Assembly: GCF_018977255.1 (NCBI RefSeq)
Contig: NW_024704743.1
Location: 39,248,001 to 39,312,000 of the forward strand
Reading direction: 5' to 3'
Length of the DNA stretch: 64,000 bases
DNA from: Callorhinchus milii
Taxonomy: Eukaryota
Notes under the pieces: generated by a model
Told to the model about the DNA's origin: nothing
Database searches by the model: none
The model's input: the letters and a program-made list of their open reading frames with translations, nothing else
In this document: positions 51,700 to 61,625 of the stretch, one piece after another
How positions within the stretch are numbered: position 1 is the stretch's first letter
Layout: every line of letters begins with the position of its first letter
Translations under genes and position numbers: made by a program

Positions 51700-52985
51700 G
51701 GCAAAGTCCCCTTTCCACCATTTCCATATCATTGACTACCCTCATTCCAACCTCAATCAGCTGAAACCCTCACCCACAGTTTTGTCATCTCTGGACTTGA
51801 TTTCTCTAATGCCCTGCTCACTGACATCAACAGCTCTAATCTCTGTAAACTCCAGATCACCCAGAACTTTCCCTTCCCTATCAGGCTCCACGAGTGCATT
51901 ACCCCCATTACTCACCAGGGTCCACTTGCTTCCTAAACCTCAGCAGGTAGACTTTAAGATCCTAGCTCTAACCTTCTAACCTTTGCTTGACTTTAAGTTC
52001 CTTGCTGTACATCAGCAAGGGTTTATAAGTAGGGGAATAGAGTACAAGAGTCACGAGAGTATACAACACTGGTTAGGCCTCAGTTGGAATACTGCGCCCA
52101 GTTCTGGGCCACACACTGTAGGAAGGATGTTAAGGCATTGGAAAGGGTGCAGAGGAGATTTACGAGGGTGATACCAGGAATGAGGGACCTTGATTATGAG
52201 GAAAGGCTCGAGAGGCCGGGATTATTCTCATTGGAGCAGAGAAGGTTACGAGGAGACCTAATAGAGGTTTTCAAAATCATGAGGGGATTTGATAGCTTAG
52301 AAAGGGAAAAACTATTTCCACTGGTGGGTGGGTCGGTGACTTGAGGTCACAGATTTAAAATAGTTTCTAAAAGAAGCAGAGGGGAGGTGAGAAGAAATGT
52401 TTTCACGCAGCGAGTTGTTTGAATCTGGAACGCATTGCCTGAAAGGATGGTGGAGGCAAATTCGATAACAACTTTTAAAAATGCGGTGGATGGGTATTTG
52501 AGGAGGACGGGTTTACAGGGTTATGGGGAAAGGACTAGGGAGTGGGATTGACATTGCATTGCTCTTTGCAAAGAGCTGACAGACTCAATGGACCGAGTGG
52601 CCTCTTTTTGCGCTGTACGATTCTATGATTACTGCCCCACCTTACCTCTATCATATCCTGTGTTCCTAATCCACCCACTCCCTTTGCTCTACAAACTCAA
52701 GCTTGCTTTATGTCTCCCATCCTCTCTGCATCACCACCTCCAAAGGAATTTTCAGCCACTTTGACCCCGATCTCTGGAACTCTCTCAAAATCCATCCATT
52801 TCAGGCCCTCCCTTTCTGCTTTCAAAACCCTTCTAAAAATCTATCTCTTTGATTGTGACTTGAGCCACCTTTCTCCTACCCCTCCTATATTCCACCATGC
52901 TTGGGCTCACTCTCTAAATCTGTAAAGCTCTGTGAGATGTTTTCCTAAGTGCCAAGTGCAACTTAAGTTCAAGTTATTTTTGTTG
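51700..52985 (+). mobile_element. Old L2 3' fragment interrupted by a CR1
   Basis: Frame …QQVDFKILALTF stops at about 52000 and resumes at about 52631 (APPYL…FKTLLKIYLFDC) through to the tail. Confidence 0.75.
52010..52630 (+). mobile_element. CR1 3' ~0.6 kb
   Basis: Encodes LEYCAQFW…KDVKALERVQRRFTRVIPGM…LFSLEQRRLRGDLIEVFKIM; TTCTATGATT end. Confidence 0.93.
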
Positions 52986-53569
52986 AATTTCAGCCTGAAC
53001 TATTCTTTACCCAGAGGGCAATTACCGACTGGAGCAGGTTGCTGGTATAGTGGTTGAAACCAAAACATTGGACTCAGGCAGCTTGCTGCTATGATTGGGG
53101 ATGGTGAGTGTTCTGCAAGTATGAGATCAGATGGGCCAAGGGGCCTTCTTCTTCTAAACCAATCTTGAGGCTGTAATTCATATCCTGAAAAAAATGCAAC
53201 TAGTTTACAGGGAAGTGAGGGAAAGCTTCCAATAATTTCAGTCTTACTCTTTTGGGCAAATACCAAACTATGACTGTGGTTTTTGCTATCAAGTTTAGAC
53301 ACAGTCCTGGGAACAATTGGACAGAGTCAACAGTTTTACTGAGTCGCAGAAAACAGGATAGCAGTTGGGTTAGCGCTATGTGGCAATAAAACTTCCCTTT
53401 TTCAGCAGGCTCCACTCCACATATAATTGGACAAGGCAGTTTGAATTAAGTAACACAAGAAGATAAATTGCACAAGAGCCCGTGATTATCATTATTTGTA
53501 ATTCCTGTGGCCCACTGTCAAGTACCACAAGAACAGAAAAGCTCTGTCCTTTTAGCTGGAAAAACCCTT

Positions 53570-53750
53570 GTATCTTAAAGTTTAAGATCACACCGAATTA
53601 TCCAAAATCTTAATTTGAAAGCTGTTTTTCCGCAGTTTCAAAAAGAGAAATGGTATCCAAATTAAAACTGAACTTAAGACTGTTCCATATGTTTGCGTGA
53701 TCTTACAATGTTAAGATCAAATTATCTTATATGCTGAATAGGCCTTTTAG
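53570..53750. mobile_element. Palindromic MITE-like element, degenerate
   Basis: Arms ATCTTAAAGTTTAAGATCAC and GTGATCTTACAATGTTAAGAT around a GCTGTTTTTC…AAAAAGAGAAATGG core. Confidence 0.55.
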
Positions 53751-54156
53751 GCCTTATCTGGAAACAAAGGCTACCTTTTTATTCCATTCGCTATTCATGT
53801 TTTCCAGGCACATCCTCTGAGTGACTTCCTGGCTCAATTGGCTCTGTATACTTCCACCAATTATTTTCCAACATGCAAATCAAGGCTAAAAGTCTAACAG
53901 GATTACAGTTTCTATTTCAGACAGTTCTAGTCTGACATAACACAGCCTACTGTTCTTCTACTCAACTGTGACTGATAAAACACACTGACTGGGAAGTGAG
54001 AAAAATCTAAAAGTAAAAAAGCAAAAGTATACATGCTGTAACACTGTCAAAAGACTCATCGTATTCATGTGATAGACTTGTAACACCATGCAAAAGATTC
54101 ACAACCACAATACCCCTATTTGAACTATTGCAACATTCATGATGAAGTAACAAATG

Positions 54157-54460
54157 TGTAGCTCAGTGATTAGAGCACTCGGCTTTCTTACTCCACTCGC
54201 TTCTGTTTACCTGGAGGTAAGTAGGAACCTGGTTGTTAGTCGATTGGTGGATCGCTTTTCTGAGGGTAATAATTCCTTTAAAAATATGTGGTTGCTCAAT
54301 CCATGACTGTTTGTAGAACACTGCTGTGCGTATTTGGCTGCCATGTTTTGCCCAACAAAATATACAGTCAATTCACTTTACAGTATATTCTGTGAAGCAC
54401 TTTGAGACGTTTCAAAGATGTGATAAAGCACTGTATCAAATGCAAGTATCATTATTAATC
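54157..54460 (+). mobile_element. tRNA-Ala-family SINE, long subfamily, B box deleted
   Basis: TGTAGCTCAGTGATTAGAGCACTC joined to TTTCTTACTCCAC; body and tail present. Confidence 0.85.
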
Positions 54461-54674
54461 AAAATTATGAGAGATTTAGATAGGATAACCAATAAGAAAC
54501 AATTTCCACTTGTCAGTGAGTTAGTAACTTGAAGAAATAACTTAAGATAATCATAACAAAAATAATGGAGAGTTTAGATTCTGATCACCCTTACAGCAAA
54601 GTTAAATCATAAAATAACTTCTACTTTTACCTCAAAGACAAATACAATATTCCTGGACTTTCCCATACACTCTT

Positions 54675-55290
54675 CGTTTGTTGATGATGTCGGCGAGTAG
54701 TGGGGCAAGGAGGTGGAGCTGGGATTTAAGGAGAGGGGTAGAGATGGGGTCCAGGGAGCAGGCGGTGAGCTTCATGGAGGTTACTGTGTTGAAGACAGAG
54801 GAGGGGGTGACAGGTTCAAAGGTGTGGAAGAAGGGATGGATAATTGTCGGATGGGTAATTGTGTGTGGGGAGGGTAGGAAGGGGGTGGAAGTTGGGAGGG
54901 CAGTGGCAGCTGAGCGGATTCGCTCGATTTTGGACTCGAGGAAGTCCAGCATTTTCTCGCAGTGAGAGTCAGCGGAAAGTATCTGCAAGGCATGTTGGGA
55001 GGGGGCGGAGGAGCCGGTTGGTGGTGGGATAGAGGGAGGGAGTTACAGAACCAAGGGTGTAGAATCTGAAACTTCGGCTCTTGAAGGTGACTCCAATAGG
55101 GTGGGGGATGCGCAACAAGCCAGAGACAGCCGAGCGGAAGAGTTAAGCAGAGGAGTGGGGTAGGTGAAGACCCCAGAGATAGGGAAGTGCTAAGGCTTGA
55201 AGGGATTTATAGGTGAAGGCGAGAACCTTTGAAGTTGCAGTGTTTGGTGCTGGTCAGGATTCGGGCAGAAGAGTTTTATATCAGCATTCA
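54675..55290 (-). mobile_element. L2 internal fragment (pre-RT linker)
   Basis: Encodes CEKMLDFLESKIERIR…MKLTACSLDPISTPLLK…LAPLLADIIN. Confidence 0.85.
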
Positions 55291-56445
55291 AACATCTTAG
55301 ATAACACAGAATAATCTATTCTATTTCAATGACTTGCAGCTTATCTCTTTCTCTTTAGAATTTTTTAAATTAAAAAAAAACAGCCCAGTGCTCTCTTGAC
55401 TACAGTAACTAAGTAGAGAGAAGAGAATCATGTGACCTCTTGGTTTGACAGATACCACAAATACATTTTATATTCTCTCTGGTCTTAGTCTCCAAGGGAA
55501 GCTGCAATACTTCTGGTTTTAGCTGATCCTGACCTCCTGAACTTCTTTCTTTTATGAAGAATTAGCGATTGCTTCTGATGTTGTGACATTGCACAATGTT
55601 CATCTATGTTCATTCAAGCAGTAATGGGAAGATAGTTGAGACTGTTGTATGGATGCATGAGAGTAAACTGGCTGAAGAGTCTACTCGCTCAAACTATTCT
55701 TGTGCTATGTATCAACCTTCACGAAATACATACTACAGATTCAATCTCTCTGCTGTGCTCCTATCATGTACTAATTAAGAGCGGATAATTTGTATGATTG
55801 AGTGCCTTGGTCCTCCCAATGTGAAAGACGAAGTGTATATGCAATCTGTCAGTGCTGTTAATTCTTCTGATACCAGCTTCACCTTACAAAACCTTACTAT
55901 AGTCCCAAGGTTTGAACGTTGCAAGAAAATGCAGATTTCTAATGAAATAAACAAAGATTTTTACTTACAAATGCACAAGTCAGTCCAAGCACTTCTGCGT
56001 AACTATTGGAAATTCCCTTGCTGGATACAGTTTTAGTTTGTTTTTTGGCCTAGGGGCGGGAACTCTTCTGCTGCTCCAGCAGTAAACAAAGCTGCGGGTC
56101 GCAATGGATTGAGTTTGTGTATCTTGTTTTTTTTGGGGGAGGATGTTTTTTTAATCTCCTTCCTGATCTGCCTAACAGGCATTCCACTCCTCTACATAAT
56201 CGCTGCCTTAAAAAATAGAGAAGCAAAGCAGGTGACAAATCCTTAGATGCATTGATCTCATGTTCCCTTTTATTCCTTCACTACATAAGTAATAAATTAA
56301 TAAATAAATAATAAATACATAATAAAAAATATATAATAAATAAATATATACTCAGTTATCCTGTAAAGCACTTTCAAACATCCTGCCTATGTGAAAGGTG
56401 CTGCTACATCAAAGGTAAGGATTATTATAGGATTATTATTTTTGT

Positions 56446-57020
56446 GATCAGCCAGGTGTCTGACACATGCGAAAACCCGTCACTATGCTTAAGAGTAAAC
56501 CAAATCAGACTGAAAATTCCACCTACATTTGGAAAGTTCACTGTATTTGGAACAGAATGCACACTCTCTTCATGAAAGGATGCATCCTGCTTATCTAATT
56601 CCGGAGACTATTAGACGCAGGTTGGCAAGAGTGAAGACTTGTAGATCCCAATGTGTGTGTTGGAGTGCTGCTGGAGTTTAATCAGGTAAAGCCTCACAGC
56701 ATGCCATTAAAAGCAATGTCTGCAAAGCCTCTCGCTGCTTTTCCTTATAAGACACAGTTGCAGGGTTAACAGGAACTGAGTGGGAAGAATCGTTGTTTCC
56801 AGTGCCCCTCAAAGACAGCCGATGAGCCAGCTTGACTGTGCTGTCACCTGCAGTGTAGTGGAGTCCTGCAGACTTGCCTGGCTCAGGAATCAGACTACCG
56901 AGATCGCCAAGAGGATTAATTAAATTCCGACATTTCGTTGTCAAACATGTCACCTTGGAACTAGCTCAGCTCCAAGGAGACCCTGCTTATCTGTCCCCTC
57001 TCCGAAGGAGGGTAGTTCAG
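56446..57020. repeat. Unclassified dispersed repeat, copy 3 (uninterrupted)
   Basis: Colinear with 21708-22460 over ~550 bp (e.g. GTGGGAAGAATC, GATGAGCCAG, CTGCAGAC..GCCTGGCTCAG, CCTTGGAAC.AG.TCA.CTCCAAGGAGA). Confidence 0.8.
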
Positions 57021-57140
57021 TAGTTGGTCATTTGATATCTGCCAAGCACATGTTTGAGCCATCCCTGGGTGGATGGCAGGTACCATGAACTCCCTGCAAG
57101 CTTCCTGATGAGCAGTACAGCAGCATCTTGGGCCTTCTAT

Positions 57141-57210
57141 TTTTTAAGGCAGCTATTGGGCTGCCACAGGTCAGACTTGCTTGCGGTCAGCACAATAGCT
57201 GCCTTAAAAA
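57141..57210. repeat. Hairpin with perfect 18-bp arms
   Basis: TTTTTAAGGCAGCTATTG (57141-57158) and CAATAGCTGCCTTAAAAA (57193-57210). Confidence 0.85.
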
Positions 57211-57939
57211 TCGAAATCAAAGCAGGAGGCAAAGCCTTGGAAGCTTTGATTTTTAGGTTTTCAGGACATACTGTCATAAATCTAAGGTCCTCCAGAGCTG
57301 CACATTAATACTAATTCCCACTTGCATTTTTAATTAACATTATGTATGAATAATGACATGAGGTTACATTATTTAAAGAAGAATTTAAATAAATATTTGA
57401 CTGGGTGACACTGGTCCATCACTTGCCTTGAGCCTTTGATAGATTTTAGGCAGTAAACTGATGAGGTTGTGATATTTATTGTGCAAGAAACTCAGTTGTC
57501 TGTCAATTTTAATTATGTATTCGGGAGATTCCCTCCATTATAATCGATGATCATGGTTCCGCTGAATTTCACCCCTTGATTTTACTTGGGATTTCAGTGT
57601 AATGCATTGCCTGAGAACAGTGTCTGAATCTTCATCCAATTAATCAATTTTTCCAGGTGGTTTCCGCCTGTCTCTAGCGCTGTACTTTGTCAACTCTCTT
57701 CATGGTATGGTGATGGAGATATCCTTTATAGCAACATAACCTGAAACAAGCTGATGCCAAGATTAACAGAAGTCATTTAACTTTCTGTCTCATTTTTGTC
57801 TTCTCCCTAACTAAACACATGTACTTGCTGCTCTCATGATATTATGTGTGTTACCTCATTGCACATGACCTCTTCCCATACAGATACATTTAAACTGATT
57901 GTGAATAATAATATAAATACTTATATTTGATGTGATCCT

Positions 57940-58345
57940 GTGGAGTCCTGTAGTTCTGTGGGTGGAATTCTGTAGCTCAGTGGTTAGAGCACTTGCTTCG
58001 CAAGCAAGCGACCTGGGTTTGATTCCTAGCAGGGCGAAATGTTGGGCAAATTTCCTTACTCCACACTCCTCTGTTTACCTAGCAGGAAGTAGGAACTCAG
58101 TTGTTAATCAATTGACGAATTGCTTTCCCGTGAGTAATAATTTCTTCAAAAATTAATAATAATAACAAATTGGTCACTTCAATCCATGACTGTTTGTGGG
58201 GACACTGCTGTGCTCAATTGTCTGCCGCGTTTCGCTCACAAAACATACAGTCAATTCACTATACAGTATATTTTGTGAAGTGCTTTGAGATGTCTCGAAG
58301 ATGTGATAAGGTGCTATATCAAATGCAAGGATTATTATTATTATT
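57940..58345 (+). mobile_element. Full-length tRNA-Ala-headed SINE, long subfamily, duplicated 5' tip
   Basis: TGGAGTCCTGTAGTTC then TGGAATTCTGTAGCTCAGTGG; GCTTCGCAAGC arm; full tail. Confidence 0.9.
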
Positions 58346-58359
58346 ATCATTGATAGTTT

Positions 58360-58620
58360 GTGTCAACTTGGCTCAGTTAGTAGTTTGGATGAGATGTTAA
58401 ACCAAGATCCCGCCTGCCTGTCTAGGTGGACGTTAAAGATCCCACGGCACTACTCGAAAAGAGAAGGGAGTTTCTCCAGGTGTACTGGCCAACAATCCCT
58501 CAAATAAATTGGCCATTCACACGTGGCTATTTGCGGACATTGCTCAGCGCAAATTGGTTGCCTAGAAATACGTACTCAGTGTACTTTACAATATATCCTG
58601 TGAAATGTTTTGAGATGTGA
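58360..58620 (+). mobile_element. Deu-type SINE with an internal deletion
   Basis: TGGCTCAGTTAGTAG joined to GGATGAGATGTTAAACCAAGATCCCGCCTGCCTG…AAAGATCCCACGGCACTA. Confidence 0.8.
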
Positions 58621-58624
58621 AGTT

Positions 58625-58910
58625 AATGGCTAATTTAATTTGGGGAATTGTTGACCAGGACATCAGAAAAGCCCCTTCTGTTTTTTGAAACAGTGCTAAG
58701 ATATCTTGAATGTCCACCTGAGGAGGTAGACGGGGCATTAGTTCAACACCTCACCTGAAGGATGTCGCCTACCTCCAACAGTACAGAACATCCCAGCACT
58801 GCATTAGGGTGTCAACTTAGACTATGTCGGTTCCAAATCTCAACGTGCGGCTTGAACCCACAACCTTCTGACTTAGAGGCGAGAATGCTACCAACTGAAC
58901 CAGGCTGACA
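58625..58910 (-). mobile_element. Deu-type SINE (head and central domain)
   Basis: Minus strand reads TGTCAGCCTGGTTCAGTTGGTAGCATTCTCGCCTCTAAGTCAGAAGGTTGTGGGTTCAAGCC. Confidence 0.82.
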
Positions 58911-60044
58911 ATCAAAGGATAAAGGACACAGCTTGGATCAATGCACTGCTCCACTGCTCCTGGCCTCTGATCCTATCTAGCCAGCTCCTCCCCGTTAGCT
59001 GGCCGCAGAAATATTTCAGGCAAAAATGGAAAATACCTTTGGCATCTAAATTTAAAATTAAAATGTTCTCTTCATTTTAACCACATTGGAGCTGACTAAG
59101 CTAAAAAAAACAAGCCGGAAGAGAGAAACCATCTTCTATTAGTCTAAGGGATGTTCTGATCCCACGCCCCATAGGATCACAACATATTCTGCCCTTGTGA
59201 TAATTACAGCCGGCACTAGTTAGCACACAATAATTTAATAATTAAACCCCACGTATTATCATCATACAGTATTAAATTCAATTCTACTGCAAAAATTGTA
59301 CTGAAACCCATTACGGTATCTTGTTACAAAGTTACGTAGAGTGATACGGCACAATAAAAAGGCCATTTGGTGCTATTTTCCTCCATCTTTAAAAATAATT
59401 GTTCAGTTTTACATTGTAATTCTAAAAAGCTATTTGGTTCCTTCAAAGTACAGTTTATGCAGTTTTTATTCAAGAAAAATGTAAATATTTAATAAAAGCG
59501 TAAGCAGCTGTCATCCTCTATTACTAAAATTGAATCCAGTGAAACTTATTGGAGCCTGGAGCTTATTCAAAGGGAACACTAAGTGAGCTGGGATGAGGTT
59601 TTAAATTCGGCCTGTGTTAGTCAATAGAAAAATGTACAATTTCCGTTTTACTGCGGTGAGACAAATCCACTTAATTAATTGCATATGAATACTCCAGTTG
59701 GAAATGCATATCTAAGCATGGGGCCAAAACGGAGACAAATTAATCTATTTTGTTTCTTTCTCACAGATCAATACAGGTCTCCAGCCATCAGTCAAGGACA
59801 GAAGACACTGATTAGACAGAATAGTTTGGTTTGAGATAGATTAAGATTGTCAGTGTATGGCGGAGTTTGGCTTTGGTCCAAGCAACAGCTAAGGAAATGG
59901 ACTGTATGTTGCACAGAACACTTTCCAGACACCAGGCAAAATAGAAGAGTACAATATCACCATTCTTATTGCGTAATAGTGCATTTAGGGTTAGGAGCAA
60001 AAGCACTGTGGTTAAAGGAAATGTTAATAGTGAATAAGAGGGGT

Positions 60045-60385
60045 TGGCTGAGTCAGAAGGCAATGGGGTTTAAGATCAATGTCAGAACTTTGAATTCACA
60101 GCCTAGTCTGATAGGCCAATATAGTGCTGGACGTGTGCTGCACTGGTGGAGGTGTCGTCCTTAAGATGAAATATTAAACCGAGGTCCTGTTTGCCTTTTC
60201 AGAGGGTGGTAAAGATCTAGTGGCACTATTTGAAACAGAAGGAAGTTTCTCCTGATATATAGTGAATCATCCCCCAGGTGAAAGTGGTCATTTATTTTAT
60301 GGCTGTTTGTGGAACATTGCTGTCTGCAAATTGACTTCTACGTATGCCTATAAATATACATTTGTTACTATTACATGATATAGTT
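60045..60385 (+). mobile_element. Deu-type SINE
   Basis: GAGTCAGAAGG…GATGAAATATTAAACCGAGGTCCTGTTTGCC…GGCTGTTTGTGGAACATTGCTG. Confidence 0.75.
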
Positions 60386-60399
60386 ATTTTATGTTGATA

Positions 60400-60680
60400 A
60401 CATATCAAAGTGTTTCACAACGTTTCTGTAAAGTACAGTAACTCGGTATTTGTAGGCAAACACAGCAGCCAATTTATGCCCAGCAATGCCCCACAAAGAA
60501 CCAATGATTTTTTTATCTGAAGGATTGGTGGTCAGGATACCAGGAGAAACTCCCTTTCTTTTTTCGAATAGTGCCTTTGGATTTTTGAAATTTACCTAAC
60601 CTGGTGGACAGGCCCTTGGTTTATTGTCTTATCTGAAAGTTTGCAATGCTCATAATCTGGAACACCTACAGCACTGATTT
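60400..60680 (-). mobile_element. Deu-type SINE body
   Basis: Reverse complement of the same central block and tail. Confidence 0.7.
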
Positions 60681-60739
60681 GGAATGGTCTTGTGGGAGAA
60701 TATCCTAGGCTAAAGATAGTCCAGGTGATTAGATTGAAA

Positions 60740-61390
60740 TTAGAGGTAGTGGGGTTGAGGGTGGAGGCAGAGATGTATAGTTGGGTGTTATCCACATACA
60801 TGTGGAAGTTGACCCCATGTCTGCGGATGATGTCAACAAGAGGGAGCATATAGATATTGAAAAGGAGGGGACCAAGGACAGAGCCCTGGGGAATGCCGCA
60901 CCAGATGGTTTCAGACATACAGCAAAATATCTGAAAGCACTTTACAAAGTGTAAGTTGAAGCTTGAGCTGGGAGGAAGGTGATGGGTACACAATCAATAA
61001 GGTGGGCTTTGGGGCAGGTTTTGAAAGCAGATATTGAGGGGATAAGGCAGATGGATTTTGGAAGAGAGCTCCAGAGAATGGAGACAAACTGGCTGAAAGC
61101 TCGTCTGCTGAGCAGGTGAGGAACATGAAGTAGGCCAGAGGTGACAGAGTGTAAGGGGTAGTGTGGGATGTAGGAACACAAAAGATCGCAAAGCTAGTGT
61201 GGTGCAAGGCTCTGAGAACATTTGAAGGTGAGGAGGAGGAGGATCTTCATGTGGAGTCTCTGAGGGACGGAGCCAGTCAAGCAGGTTGAGTATAGGTTAT
61301 TTGGGGGTAAGCAGGAAAGGCAGGCTGCAAAGTTTTGGATGATACAGAGCTTGTGGAGGGTAGAGCAGGGGAAGCTAGCCATCAAAGATA
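60740..61390 (-). mobile_element. Two adjacent L2 fragments (RT core and 3' end)
   Basis: [20 protein letters not shown]…[12 protein letters not shown] (60740-60910) and IIQNFAA…FKTCPKAHL (60910-61390). Confidence 0.88.
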
Positions 61391-61419
61391 GAGTTAGATG
61401 CCATCCATTTACATATGGA

Positions 61420-61625
61420 AGTGGACCCCATTCCTGCATGCACAGTATACATACTGGGCCTGCAGGTTATTTCAGTCTGGTTATTTCAGAGTGCCCCAGA
61501 AGGCTCAAGCTCACCAGGCAGGTTATTGTGGAGCTGTGTCACCTGCTGCAAGAAGACCCAAGGGGACAGCACAGTTATTACTGCAGTGAAAGCCAATGCT
61601 GCTCTCAATTTGCAGACTATCCATA
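61420..61625 (+). mobile_element. PIF/Harbinger-like transposase N-terminal relic
   Basis: SECPRRLKLTRQVIVELCHLLQED, then after a frameshift AVKANAALNL. This resembles the CLRRLR…ELCHLL…AVKV..ALNF region of Harbinger/HARBI1-like nucleases. Confidence 0.6.

Noticed and set aside
56287..56350. (AATA)n-like tract with many AATAAA hexamers
   Set aside because: This is a simple repeat, not evidence of a transcript end.
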